DNA from: the human T2T-CHM13v2.0 reference genome, Homo sapiens
DNA length: 64,000 nt
Assembly: GCF_009914755.1 (NCBI RefSeq)
Contig: NC_060928.1
Strand: one strand, 5' to 3'
Both the position numbers and the translations under genes were made by a program. The notes under the pieces are model-generated. The model had not been told where the DNA came from. It ran no database searches and worked only from the letters and a program-made list of their open reading frames with translations. Shown here in pieces: positions 42,390-56,626 of this stretch (position 1 is its first letter; each line of letters opens with the position of its first letter).

Positions 42390-43169
42390 TCAAAGTGATT
42401 CAACTGAATAAAATTACAATTTAAGAAAGAGCATGAAAGAGTTGATATTCACTTGCGATTTCTAATAGTTGTTCAGGGACTGATTTACAGTTATTACAAC
42501 ATAGCAGTATTTAATTTGTGTTAGTCTGGAATTTGGAGTTTGCTAGTTGGTAAAGTTTGACTTGTTTGTCATTAAAGACACCAATCCTGTGAATACTGAG
42601 TGATGCTGCACAGTAAGTGTACCAGGGAGCAAAGTGCCTGGTTAGCACAGCAATTCCTTAAACCCCTGAATAGTCAGAAATGACCCGCTCAATAATACCA
42701 GCCCCCAGTCAACACCCTGTGGAGGCTTTTTCACATTCGTTGATGTGATCATGAATTTTAGCATGGACACTTTTTACCATTGTCTTATTTCCCATAAAGA
42801 TTAATTGTTTCATGTGATTTGTGCTCCACAAACACAAAAGGAGAATATCTTGGAAACAGAGAGAAGTTGTGGCATCCTGAACAAAGAAGCTGAAAATTTA
42901 GACTATTAATAGATAAAAAATAACTTGGAGATACTTTCTTATAAATCTGAAAACAAAACTTAACTCAAGCTGGGAAATGAGCTTTTCTTCCCTGGTGGCT
43001 ATTGCTTTTCTTCCTTTCTGGGGTTACTGATTTGCAGTGGTGAGAATATCTCAGGGCATTTGACCAGATGTCAATAAAGTGGAATGGTCTATGTCAGGTT
43101 TGCTGGTTCTGATTGCTCATCAAAATAAACTCTCTTGAATCCTCAGAACAAATACAGATTTAAACATTT

Positions 43170-44778
43170 CTTCCTAACAGAACTTAATTTCAATAGAGTT
43201 GTCTGGTCCTTTTTCTTTTAATGTTGTGCTTAGCCAAAAGGGCTACTCAATCCACAAGCCATTTAAAGCCCAGATGTTAATTTTCCAGATTTTTACTATA
43301 CAAGCAAGAGGTATTTCTAGAGAGATGGTAGAGGAGGCATCTTCATGGTCTGTGAGAATCTATTCTCAGAAATGGGCTTAAGATAGCAAAAGATAAACAA
43401 AAGGCCCATAGGGATGAGGCCTTTTAAGATAAAACTCACCTACTGGCTTGACACATTCAGGATGAAGAGTGCGCTGATGCATTTCAGACTCCTGGACCTT
43501 TCAGACTGGCTGCCCGACATGAACCTGAAAATTCCCACTCTCTGGACGGGTGGATGCCAAAAGAGTACCCCCAGAAGGTCACAAGGTCAAGCTCCCAAAG
43601 ACATAAAACAAGATGGGAGGGAAACCTCCTCTGGTTTTTATTTCACAGACCTGAGGCAAAGTTTGTAACCAACCAGTCTGCAGGGCCAGCTTGAACAGCA
43701 GGCTTACAGGGGACCTAGGCTAGCGTTCTATCCTAGGGAACCCTACTCTTTACAACAGAATGTCACAAACAGACAAATTCATAGCACAAAGTACACCAGG
43801 TTTGCACTATAACCTAAGACTTGTCACCCAAATCCCTTTTCCCATTAATCAAAACCTTGCAGAAGAGACAAACAGTGATTTTTACTGTTCATTCAACTGG
43901 TTTGCATGGAGAGAGCAAGGCCAGAAGCCTAGCTGGTAAGAAATTCTTAGCCTTTTGCCAGCTTGCCAGGTTTCTGGCTTCTCTTTCTCTGTGCAGCTTT
44001 GGTGACCCTACTCACTGTACCATAGTTCTGGGGGCCAAACAGCATTATAAAAGAACAGCATCTTTCTCCATTTTATGGAACTATAGGCAAAGGCCTCTCA
44101 TTTTTTTTCAACATGCCACCCAACGGGCTGCACAGGAGGATGAAGTGTTGAATTAAACACACAAAAAGGAAAAATGGATCAGGATGTGAGCAAGGCAAAC
44201 TCTGGACCCAGGTGCTATCAAGTGTTGCCTCACAGAGATAATACCCGGAGTGGTTAGGCTCGCATGCTCAAACAGACAGATGGCAGTAAAGTTCACAGGC
44301 TTCCCTTCCCCACAAGGTGTGGCAAACAGGGGGAAAGTACCTAGAAGGTTTGAAAAGTAACAGAGTCCTACCAGCTGAACTGAGGGGCCATTTCAATCCT
44401 TCCTGTATGGCTGTCTATTCAGGCTGTGCCAATTGACCAGTCCCACAGAGGTGTCTATTCAGGCTGAGCCTGAAGTTAATGAAAAGTGAATAAAAGGGAG
44501 GAGGAAGGAAGAAGAAAAAAGAAAGACAAACAAATATGGGACAGGAGGAAAAGAAATGCATTGTTTTCATGTTGGGGCTTTGTGAGGAGTGTCTGGGAGG
44601 CTAGAGGAAAACTCTCCAGTTGCCGAGAGGCTGAATCAAAGATTTAGGTAGCTCCCTGTCAGCTACAAAGCATTTATGTCCGGCAGTTCTGCTGGCTCAT
44701 AAGCCTGCCCCTTATTAGGACATGGGGGAGGAAAATGCTTCCCATGTCCTGTGGTCCTGCCACGGTCACGAGAGAATC
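43170..44778 (-). mobile_element. ERV1 internal leader sequence (MER66-int-like)
   Basis: Abuts the 3' end of the LTR at 44779; ERV1 leader-like motifs; no intact ORF. Confidence 0.5.
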
Positions 44779-45807
44779 TGTTACAGACCACAGGCTCTTT
44801 ACCTCTCCATGTAATAGAAACTGACATAAGGCCAAGCAGATTTCCCAGACAAGGCTTTTATTTCAGGTCTTGTGCTCAATCACAAGGAGACAATGGAGAT
44901 GAGGCACAAAGCTCTTCCAGCTGACTTTCTGGAAAAAAAAAAAAACAGTAATTTTTTAAAAAAATTTTAATCTGAGCATAAGAATTGACATCAGGGTAGG
45001 GTATGCAGGTTGGGCTGGGCAAAGCAAGTGAGGGGTAGGGTATGCAGGACAGCATATCTGACTGTGATGGTTATCTTGAGTAATGGGCCACCTGGTGGTC
45101 TGGCTTGTGGCAATAAGACTGTAACCAATTGTCCAGGATTCCTTCCCAAGGCAGGACACTCTGCAACCTTGGTTCAATTTTGGATCTCCTAAGGCCGGTG
45201 ACACAGGTGATTCGCAACAATCCAGGCCAGTGGTGTGGGTGTAGAAAGGCAGATTTATCAGAGAAAGTATGAAAATATGTTGTTAGGGTGCAATGGGCAG
45301 GCCAGCAAGACAGAAGGTGGCTACAAAGAGACAAAGTCTTGCTGGAGATTTTATAGAATGGTGCTTGTGCTGAAGAGTGCTACGTGCAGTACTGACAACG
45401 CTAAGGTTGCAGTGAGCTAAGCTAACTTGCATTTTTCTATTAGCTGGGGATCTGGTGATAGCTAGGCATAGGAAGATTGTCAGTTATTTGAGCAGGAGGG
45501 TTTGTATCCTGGACCATGAAGAAAAGCAGACTTATAACTTATCTGCTTTCTCTTTCTGCTTTCCCTTGATCCTGCCAGCCTTTTTTCCCCTAACTGGGAC
45601 TCCACAGCCAGTTTCTTCAATTCGTTAAGTAAAAAGCATGGTTAACAATTATTAGAGCACAGAAAAATGGCTATTTTCTTTGTCTGACTAAAGCCTTGGC
45701 GTTAGTGGGTATAGCATCAGCAAGTTATTGATGTGGGTTTTGTGAAAAGAAGAAGAAAAAAGAATATATAAAGGAGGAGCCGCATTGCACTCCTAATCTA
45801 TCTCACA
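44779..45807 (-). mobile_element. MER66-like LTR split by a nested LTR
   Basis: TGTTACAG...TCTCACA ends; minus strand CACAAAACCCACA...TATACCCACTAAC. Confidence 0.6.
45199..45606 (-). mobile_element. MER83-like solo LTR nested in the MER66-like LTR
   Basis: Minus strand TGTGGAGTCC...AGAGAAAGCAGATAAGTTATAAGTCTGC; TSD GCCGG/GCCAG. Confidence 0.7.
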
Positions 45808-46878
45808 GGCTCTCTTCTTCATGTCCCCTTTGCACTTTCAGCCTTTAATACTACTATGTTATAACACAGTTTTGAACTTATAAGTAAATAGACAACTCAT
45901 GAGTAAAAGGAAAACTGAATATGGTACATGTGACTTTGTGGCTAGTAGGAAACAAATTGTAAGTTTTAGTTTTCTTTGTAATTTAGATGGCCCAAAGCAT
46001 AGGTTATTAATCCTTTTCCCATCTGTTTAATAGCATTCCTTTTTGTTTTTTAAGAGAACACTTTAAACATAGTTGAAACACAATTTCTGAGCAAAAGTAG
46101 CCATGCCTAGGACAGAAGCAAGCTGTGATGATAATTATTTTCTGTTTTTCTTTCTGGATGCTAATTTACTACCATAATTCTGTTTTGTAATTGCTCTTAA
46201 AAACTCAAATTTTTAGTGTGCACTAACTAACTTGGAGATTCACACCTTTCCTTCCTAACTTCTCTCTTAATCCTTCCTATAAAGTTCTTTATTTTTATTT
46301 TATTTTTAGTATTCCTAAGTCTACTTTGTCAGTTTATAGATATATCTCATGTTTGGTATGATCAGAAACATATAGTGTGATACCCGGAATTGATCATATT
46401 GATCATCTGGTCTATTTTCCAGATCAAGAAACTGATAATGGATGTTATCTTGCCCAAACTGACAGAGTTATATAATGAAGAAATAGAGTAAAATCAAGCC
46501 TTCTATTTCTAATCTAAAGCTTGTTCTACCACACTACATTAATTTTTTTCCCAACCATTAATAGATTATAGCAGATAGTCAATCTGCTATATCAATTATT
46601 CAATTAATTACTTCATGCATCTATTGAACACCTACTATGTGCTAGGAATGTGCACTCTGTATTTGTCCCACTTAATTTAATTTTTGGATAGAAAATAGGT
46701 ACCATTCTAATTCTTATTTTTACAAATAAACAATTTCATACAATTAAATTAACCCGCTCAAGGTCACTATAATTACAGAGTGAACTGTTTACAATAAAAC
46801 AAATGGTACAAATGGATCAGTATCTTTATTCTTCACGTGTCTTTTAAATTACTTTTAGGTAGAACCAGAAAAGCAATC

Positions 46879-47299
46879 GTACTATTCTGTTCTCACATTG
46901 CTATAAAGAAATGCCTGAGACTGGGTAATTTATAAAGAAAAGAGGTTTAATTGGCTCACAATTTTACAGGCTGTACAGGAAGCATGGTGCTGGCATCTGC
47001 TTGGCTTCTGAGAAGGCCTCAGGAAGCTTCCAATCATGGTAGAAGTGAAGGGGGAGCCATTAAGTCTTGTCCTATGCAGCAGGAGCAGGGACAAGAGTAA
47101 AGCGAAGGGGGAGGTGCTACACATTTCTAAATAACCAGATATTGTGAGGACTTATCATGAGAACATCAAGGGGATGGTGCTCAACCATCATGAGAAATCT
47201 GCCCCCAAGATCCAATCATCTCCCACCAGGCCCACCTCCAACACTGGGGATTACAATTCGACATGACATTTGCTGGGGACATAGATCCAAACCATATTA
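46879..47299 (-). mobile_element. MST-type MaLR solo LTR
   Basis: CATTGCTATAAAGAAATGCCTGAGACTGGGTAATTTATAAAGAAAAGAGG...ATCCAAACCATATTA. Confidence 0.9.
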
Positions 47300-47722
47300 G
47301 TAATCTTCTCCTTACAGTCTCAGTCAGAGCACCCTCCTGCCTGTCCCCAGTGGCACAAGCTAGCAGTGCTGTGAGGTAAGCAGTTTGTTATTAGTGACAT
47401 CAGACAACTCTCCTTTCTTTATTCTCTTCTCAATCAATAGCCCTCATTTACTTTTTTTTATAACCCGTTCTATTTATTCTGCCACACTCAATCTTAGCAA
47501 ACCTCTTCCTTTGAAAAATTTTCTTGGTTTATTTTACATTCTGGTGTAGAAAGCTAAGAGTTTATTGTAATTACTCTACAGAAACTTTTATTTTTTAAAA
47601 AAGACAATGTCCCTTTTGAATTAAGCCAGAGGAGATAAAATTTAAACTGTGAGAGTCCTGGTTTCTGCAAATTGGTTGGGGTAGTAAAGAGGAGAACTGG
47701 GAACTTTTTAATTAAAATAACT

Positions 47723-47726
<4 letters not shown>

Positions 47727-47763
<37 letters not shown>
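47727..47763. repeat. (AT)n microsatellite
   Basis: Direct observation. Confidence 0.95.
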
Positions 47764-47765
<2 letters not shown>

Positions 47766-49324
47766 TAAATAGACACTTTTCCTTTTACTCATTAGTTGTC
47801 TATTTATACAAATATATATGTAAATAGACAACTTCTATATATATAATAGATATTTTATATATAATAGACCATATATATATGGCCATTATTATGTATATGG
47901 TTAGCCTTGCTGAAAATTATACTTTCAAAGATATAGCAATCTATAGTGACTCTTAGTGTTAGTCTGCTTCTTGGCTATGGACAAATGCAACACATTATCA
48001 TCAGTAATGTTTTTCATTGCACATAAAGGTTCTTAAATGGGGCCTCCACCTGTGGTTTAGAATTTTTAGAATATCTATGCAGCTTAAAAAGTACCTCCTA
48101 CAAAAATATTCTGCTTTCCTCAACACTTTTTTCCCATATTCTTTTACAATCACTGAGGAGAAGGGAATTGGCAAGAATATCGTGTATCTGACATTTTAAT
48201 CTTTTGGGGGCTTTTAAAGGTACCAATTTTCTTCTCAGTTTAGCAGACTGAAAATGTTATTAATGTGCTTTCTACCATTGTATTCATGTGGAAAATATTC
48301 CATTCCAGCACAATCTTTTGTACTAATAAAATTTTTGCTGGCACCCTTTAGTACTCAGGTGTTAACTAGTGAAGGAAAAAGATATTGCCTTTTTAACTAA
48401 AAAACATAAATGGAGTCTTGATTATATACTCATGCAAATAAAATTTTTTCATAAATTTTAAGTCGTACACTTTATGTGAGATAAACTTATATTTCCCATG
48501 AGGAACTTTAAGATAAAGGAAAAAAGTAGTATTTAAATGACAAGCCTGACAGGGCTTTGGGATTTGAGGTAAGGCAAAACTGCAGGAAAAGCAGGAAACA
48601 AAAAAATATTTTTAAAAAGGAAAGAAAGAATAAAATATTAGAAAATGTTGAGAGATAAACTAGATGATCAAGGACATCAAATTCTGCCTTATGATAGATA
48701 TAGGTTTCAAAGAGCTAAGGCCAAACATGGACAGAAAAATCTATGATCCCCTTGGTCAGGAGCAAGATTTAGATAGAGACAATCTAGTGTCCGGTATATA
48801 TTCCTGTAAGAAAGGTACTTTAAAGTACTTAGTTTTGTTTGCTTGTTTTTCTTTAAACCAAAGACCTACTTGGCTGATTCCATACCTAGATGAAGCTTGG
48901 ATTTAATTAAAAGTGTCCAACCTATGGTAGGAGAGAATCACATCTTCAAGACCAATATGGAATTTCAGGGAGCAATCTATATTTCCCAAGGATTTAGAAA
49001 GCTATGATTAGAAGATTTGTTGTCCAGAGACAGATAAACAGAGAAGAAACAAAGGGGAGACATGAAAATAGAACCTTCCTTGCTTGACTTTTAAAAAATA
49101 GTCAGAACATTTACCTGGGTCTGCCAGATTTGTTGACAGTGAACTAAATTTATTGGAGAATAAATAGAAATTCTACAATTTGGATTGTTTGCAATATTTG
49201 GTTATTAGCTGCAGTAAACATTTTTGTACCTGTCTTTTGGTGAAGAAATGTACTGGATATTTACCTAAGAATGAAATCGTTAGGTTCTATTCAGGAAATG
49301 CTAGGATTTTAAAACATATTACCT

Positions 49325-49392
49325 CAAACCCTACCATTAGGCAATGTATCTTGCACATGTACTTATTGAATCTAAAATAAAATAAAATAATG
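49325..49392 (+). mobile_element. Very short L1 3' tail insertion
   Basis: TGCACATGTAC...GAATCTAAAATAAAATAAAATAA between TSDs AAACA(T/C)ATTACCTC. Confidence 0.7.
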
Positions 49393-49409
49393 AAACACAT
49401 TACCTCCAT

Positions 49410-49870
49410 TAGTTAATGTGTTTAGGCTACTAAGCCTTAGGGTACTTTGGCTTACTCTTTCCACATTTTAATTCTACATATATTTAAAATTCCATGTTAT
49501 TATCATATTCTACGTAGTTAATATTAGTCACATTTACCCTTCCTATTGCATCTTATTCTATCTTACATTTTCATATTTCCAGATGAGCTCATTTTCTTTC
49601 TGCCTTATAAACTGCTTTTAGATTGTCTTTCAGTGCAAGTCTGCTAAGAAAAAGTTCTTTCAGTTTTTGTATAAAAATGCCTTTTTTCACCGTCATTTTG
49701 GAATAATATTTTCTCTAGTTGTAGAATTCGATGTTGGCAGTTATTTTCTTTTAACACATTAAAGGTGCCATTCCATTGTCTTTTATCTTCCACCATTTCT
49801 TGACAGGTTAGCTGTCAAGCTTGTTGATGCTTCTTTTTTTTTTTAAGGTAAGTGTCCTGTTTTCTGCATG
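49410..49870 (-). mobile_element. L1ME relic (ORF1 3' region)
   Basis: TGTAGAATTCGATGTTGGCAGTTATTTTCTTTTAACACATTAAAGGTGCCATTCCATTGTC. Confidence 0.6.
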
Positions 49871-49929
49871 TTTTTCAGTGAATAGCAGAAAATCAGCTAG
49901 TATAAAAAAGATAGTAAGTAGCAGAGGTC

Positions 49930-50520
49930 TGACATATTTAAGAAATTGAAAGAAGGAAAGGGTGGTTGTGTGTAGTGAGTGAGGAGGGAAGTAGCTGAGA
50001 GGAATTTGGAGAGGATGAAAGGGACCACAGTATAAAGGACCTCACAGTACATAGTAGGGAGTTTGTGTTGTATTCAAATTCATTGACACGAGTGATAGAA
50101 ACTAATGTATATTTCAAGAATATCATACTTGCTGTTGTAGGAAGAATGGGTGGTGGAGTAGTGCAAGACCAGAAGAGAAAAACAATTGAAGAATTTGAGA
50201 ATGTGTCGGCCCAGTTTGAGAGTAGCAGAGATGGAGATAGAGGCCTGAGCAAATTCAAATCTATTTTAATGTGAAAATTGACAGATCTTAGTAATGTGCT
50301 TGGATATGGGGCTTGTAAGAAAGAGATGAATTAAATTTGGATTATGGGTCTTGGTTTGGTACCATTTACTGAGATATGTAAGGTTGAAGGAAGCAGGATT
50401 ATAAGCAAGGTAAAGATCAATAGTTCCCTTTGCAGAACATAAGACCCAAGAACACTTATAGTTGCAGAATATGAAGTTTTAGATGCATCTTAGGCATTTA
50501 GGGGGAGATATTTAAAAATA
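49930..50520 (+). mobile_element. L2 relic
   Basis: Purine-rich L2-like motifs (GTACCATTTACTGAGAT, GAAGTTTTAGATGC). Confidence 0.55.
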
Positions 50521-51731
50521 TCTAATTTGTTGCTTAATGTTGAAATCAAGTCCAGAGTTATAGATGGATTGGGACAGAAGCATGCCTACTGGTATGCTAA
50601 AGAGAAGAAAGGGAAATAATCTCTTTGTACATTCAGAGCCCGTTTTCAATTTTTTTAATGTTGCATAAATAAAACCTTTTAAGGAAAATACTTATTTAAC
50701 TTTTTCATTTATTGGGTACTATGCAAACATTAAAAATTCCACTGGTATTGATAGATAATCTAATAATTGAGAAGACTTTTAGATCATTTTTTACTACCAT
50801 TCTAATTTCAGTTCAGTTTTCATTTGTGTCTCAAATGGTCTGCAGATAATGAGTTTTCTTCTTCTCCCAATATTGCTGTTAAATAAATTAATACAAAAAT
50901 TCTGAGCTGTAAAGGATTAATTTTGTAGATGTCTAGAACACAAAGTACATTTGAGACACTCATCATTCCTTAGAAGGTCATATTGAGCTGATGAGTAATT
51001 TAGAATATTTGATTATAAACATTATATATTTAATTTTACGAGAGAAAAAAATTCTATACAATGAGAATCTGGTGAAAAAGTGCCATGAATGTGATGATGG
51101 GAAGAACATTAGTTAACACATCCAGCCATGTTTATGTGGTTCGTAGGGTTTTTTTGATGACCACTGAAACTCAATAACTAGTTTGTGACAGATTGTATTC
51201 ACCAATTTTATCAGCTGTTTAGCAAATTTAATTTAATAATTCTTTCTAAATACAGACATAGTGAAAGTCTCCTGGCTTAACTCTTGACTTTTTAAAAAAT
51301 ATTTAAAAATAGAGGTTTTAAACTTATTTTGGATGTGTTAATGACTCATAGTGATTCTTTTTTATAGAAAGTTGGGTAGTTGATGTGTTTGTGAGGTAGA
51401 AGTCAGAATTCATTGTCTCTAAAATGTGATTCTTGGCTTTGGTATAGGCATTACTTATGTTGTAAATTTCAGTTACAAATTTAGACTAAATACTGTTTGC
51501 AGTTGGTAAGTGGTTAGGACCCTAAAGAGAGATTTATAGACAAGGTTGCATACAGATATTACCAGTGAGATGTGGCAAAATAAAGTGATTATATTTCCCA
51601 AGTATTTTACTCTGTTATATCTGCCCTGTGTTGATACAATTAAATAATTTATTGCTAAAAGCAAAGTTATTCCCTATAAAATACTTTGTGATACATTAAT
51701 CAGAACAATGTAGAAATACCCTGAGATCTCA

Positions 51732-52617
<886 letters not shown>

Positions 52618-52879
52618 ATAATAAATATCTCCCCAGATTTTTGTGAGGATTATAAGAAATATATGTACTATATTAAGCACCGTGCTAGGCACATCCATTA
52701 AAGGAATTTAATATTATCACAAATGACAAATTCGGAACAAAGTAAATAATTAAAATTTCTATTAAGAATTTTATTTTACTTGCTGAGTAGCAAAAATTGC
52801 TCAGTAAATAGTTATTGAAATCTTACTATGTGCTCAGCATCTACATAGGAGTTACAGCACACAAAATTATTTAAGATCT

Positions 52880-55544
52880 GAGGGGAGGATTCTGGGAGGA
52901 AGGCGGAGTAGGAAGCACCAGTATTCTGTCTTCTCACCTAGACAGTAATTGCAGTGGCAGAATCTGTCTATTGCAACTATTTTGGGAACTCTGGAGCCTA
53001 TAAAAGGCTTGCAACTTACAAAGAAAAACTTGGATGCAAATTGAGGTTAATTTCAGTCAATTTCAGTGCTTAGCCCAGTAGTAACTACCCATCTCCCAAC
53101 CCATACCATATGGCAGGAAGCTATGCATTCATTCCTGGGGCAACTTGCATGCAGCTTGGAAGAGCCATCATGAGCAAAAGGACCTTGTTATCCAAATACT
53201 GGGGATCTGTGTCCTGATAGCTCATGGCTGCTTCTTATCACAGAAATGTAGACAACAAGGCAATGGCTGTTGTTTTTGCACCTAGTTACAAGCGTCTCAT
53301 CTTCCAGCTAAAGTTACATCCAGAGGACTTAAAGGATATCCTTTTTCTTTCCCTTCATTTTTCTTTTTCCCTTTTTGAGAGCCAGCTATTAAAGACAAGG
53401 ACATTCAAAAACAACCACATATACAGAGAAATTAAAATCACTGTGCATGTCAAAAGAAAGATGTAAGCTAAGAAAAGACCCAAGAACACTTATACTTAAC
53501 ACATTAGTCTGATTCTCAGCAAAGAAACAGTTTACAACAATCAAAACAAAACAACACACACACAGACACAAACACACCCGGCAAATCCTTGAGGGTGGTG
53601 GAGAATATGATATCTAGAATTATCATGGTAATAAATTTGAATGTCTAGTTTTCAGCAGAAAATCACAAAGCATGCAAAGAAACAGGAGTGTGGCCCATTC
53701 AATGAAAAACAATAAACTAACAGTAATTGTCAGTGAAAAGGGCCAGATGATGGATCTATTACACAAAGACTTCAAAATAACTGTCTTGAAGACACTTAAA
53801 GCCAGACATGGAGAAAGTCAAGAAAATAATAATAAAAAAGTAAAAACAACAGTAAAGGGATAGAAAACTAGAAAAAGAAGCCACAAGAAATTCTGAAAGT
53901 GAAAAGTACGATAACTAAAATGAAAAAGTAGAGGGATTTAAATGAATATTTGGGCAGGTAGAAGACTCAGTAAACTTGAATATAGGACAATAGATATTAT
54001 TGAATCTGAGTAACAGAAGGAAAAAAGATTAAGGAAAACTGAAGAGCGTGTAAGGGACCTGTTGAGCACAATCAATCAGACCAACATGTACATTATGGGA
54101 GTCCCAGAAGGAAAAGTGAGAGAAAGTGGGGAGAGAATATTTAAGGAAATAATGTCTAAAAGCTTGCCAAATTTGACAAAAAATGTAAACATCCAAGAAA
54201 CTCAACAAATTCTAATTCGGACAAACTCAAAAAGAACCACATCAAGACAAATTTTAATCAAATTGTCAAAAGCCAAAGCCAAAGAGAGCATCTTAAAAGT
54301 AGCAAGAGAGAAGTAACTTGTCACATAAAAGGATTCCTCAACAGAATTATCAATAAATTTCCTATCAGAAATTTTGATGGTCAGAAGGCAGTGGGCTGAC
54401 ACATTCCAAGTGCTAAAAGGAAAAAAAAACTGTCCACCAAGAATCCTATGTCTTACAAAACTGTCCTCCAAAAGTGAGGCAGAATAAAAAAATTCCTAGA
54501 TAAACAAAGGCTGAGGGAGTTTATTACTACTAGGGCTGCTCTGGAAGAAATACTAAAAGGAATCCTGCAGGTTGAAATGAAAGGACACTAGACAGTAACC
54601 AGTGGCCATATGAAAAAACAAAGATCTCAGTAAAGGTAAATATATGGGCAATTATAAAATCTAGTATTGTGAAAATGGTTTGTGACTCCATTTTTTGTTT
54701 TCTACATAATTTAAAAGATAATACTTTTACTTAAAAAAACAGTTATCAGTCAAAAAGCTACTGTTATTGTAAAAATGGTATGTAACTTCACATTCTGTTT
54801 TTACAGTTTAAGAAACTAATACATTTAAAATGATTGGTTTATTGTTTTCAAACACATAATGTATAAAGATGTAATTTTGTGACATTAGTAATAGAGTAGG
54901 TACAGAGATGTAATGGAACAGAGTTTTTGTATGTTAATGAACTTAAGCTGGTACAATTCAAATTAGAATTTTATAACTTCAGGATGTTAAATGTAACACC
55001 CATGATAACCACAAATAAATGGCTATAGAATATACACAGGAATAAATGGGAAAGGAATTTAAATGTTTTGCTAGAAAAAAATTAACCAAACACAAAATAA
55101 AACAGTAATGCAGAAACTGGAGACAAAAAAGCTGGAAGACATGTAAAAAACAAATATAAAAATGACATAAATGAAGTCCTTAAAAAAGAAGAAAATTCTG
55201 ACATATGCTATAACATGAATGAACCTTGAGGACATTATGCTAAGTGATATAAGCCAGTTGCAAATGTCAAATATTGTATGATTCTACTTATGTGAGCTAC
55301 TTTCAGTCATCAAAACTATAGAGACAGAAAGTAGACTGGCAGTTGCCAGAAGATGGGGGAACAGGGATTTATTATTTAATGTATTTCGTGTTTCACTTTG
55401 GCAAGTTGAAAAGCATTCTGGAGATAGATGGGTAGTGATGTTTGGACATTATGAATGTAATTAATATTACTGAGCTGTATATTTAAAGATGATTAAGATG
55501 GTAAATTTTATGTATATTTTGCTACAATTGAAAATAGAAAAAAA
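52880..55544 (+). mobile_element. Old L1 (L1MB-like): 5' UTR, ORF1 and 3' end, with ORF2 almost entirely missing
   Basis: 5' end GGATTCTGGGAGGAAGGCGGAGTAGGAAGCACC; ORF1 peptide NMYIMGVPEG...ERIFKEIMSKSLPNL...ESILKVAREK; jump to the ORF2 end at ~55180. Confidence 0.8.
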
Positions 55545-55545
55545 G

Positions 55546-55862
55546 GGCCGGGCGCCGTGGCTCACCCCTGTAATCCCAGCACTTTGGGAGGCCGAGGCAG
55601 GCGGATCACGAGGTCAGGAGATCAAGACCATCCTGGCTAACACAGTGAAACCCCGTCTCTACTAAAAATAGAAAAAATTAGCCAGGCCAGGTGGCGGGCG
55701 CCTGTAGTCCCAGCTACTAGGGAGGCTGAGGCAGGAGAATGACGTGAACCCCGGGGGGCGGAGCCTGCAGTGAGCCGAGATCGTGCCACTGCACTCCAGC
55801 CTGGGTGACAGCGAGACTCCGTCTCAAAAAAAAAAAAAAAAAAAAGAAAAAAAAAGAAAAAA
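55546..55862 (+). mobile_element. AluYe-like, inserted in the L1 A-tail
   Basis: Diagnostic AACCCCGGGGGGCGGAGCCTGCAG and GACAGCGAGACTCC; TSD GAAAATAGAAAAAAA. Confidence 0.85.
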
Positions 55863-56262
55863 GAAAATAGAAAAAAAAATTTTAAGATTTTTGAGAATGT
55901 CCCTTCAATTAAACTGAAAATGAGTTGCGATCTAGTGGATTCCCTTTAAAGTTGTATACAATTTGAAAAGAAATGATTACTTTTGAAATTTTAAAAGAAA
56001 TATATTATCGTCTTAGGACCTCACATTTCTGGCTAAGAGGCCCTAATTTGGTGACTGAATTGCTATTGAAGAAATGCCTAGAAAGAAACTAACATATATG
56101 ATTTCTATTATCAATATTGGTAAGTAATAATTGCTAATCTTCTCTAAACTAACATCATACTTTTAAAAAAGTTAGAATAGAGCTATTATTTTTTTATTGC
56201 ACATTAACATGTTTTTGAGATTTTAAATAATAAATTTCTTTATTCATATATTTGCAAAATAA

Positions 56263-56626
<364 letters not shown>

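Noticed and set aside
51473-51505. Micro-exon candidate (TTTCAG...TTG|GTAAGT)
   Set aside because: Weak pyrimidine tract, no neighbouring exons or coding signal; expected by chance.
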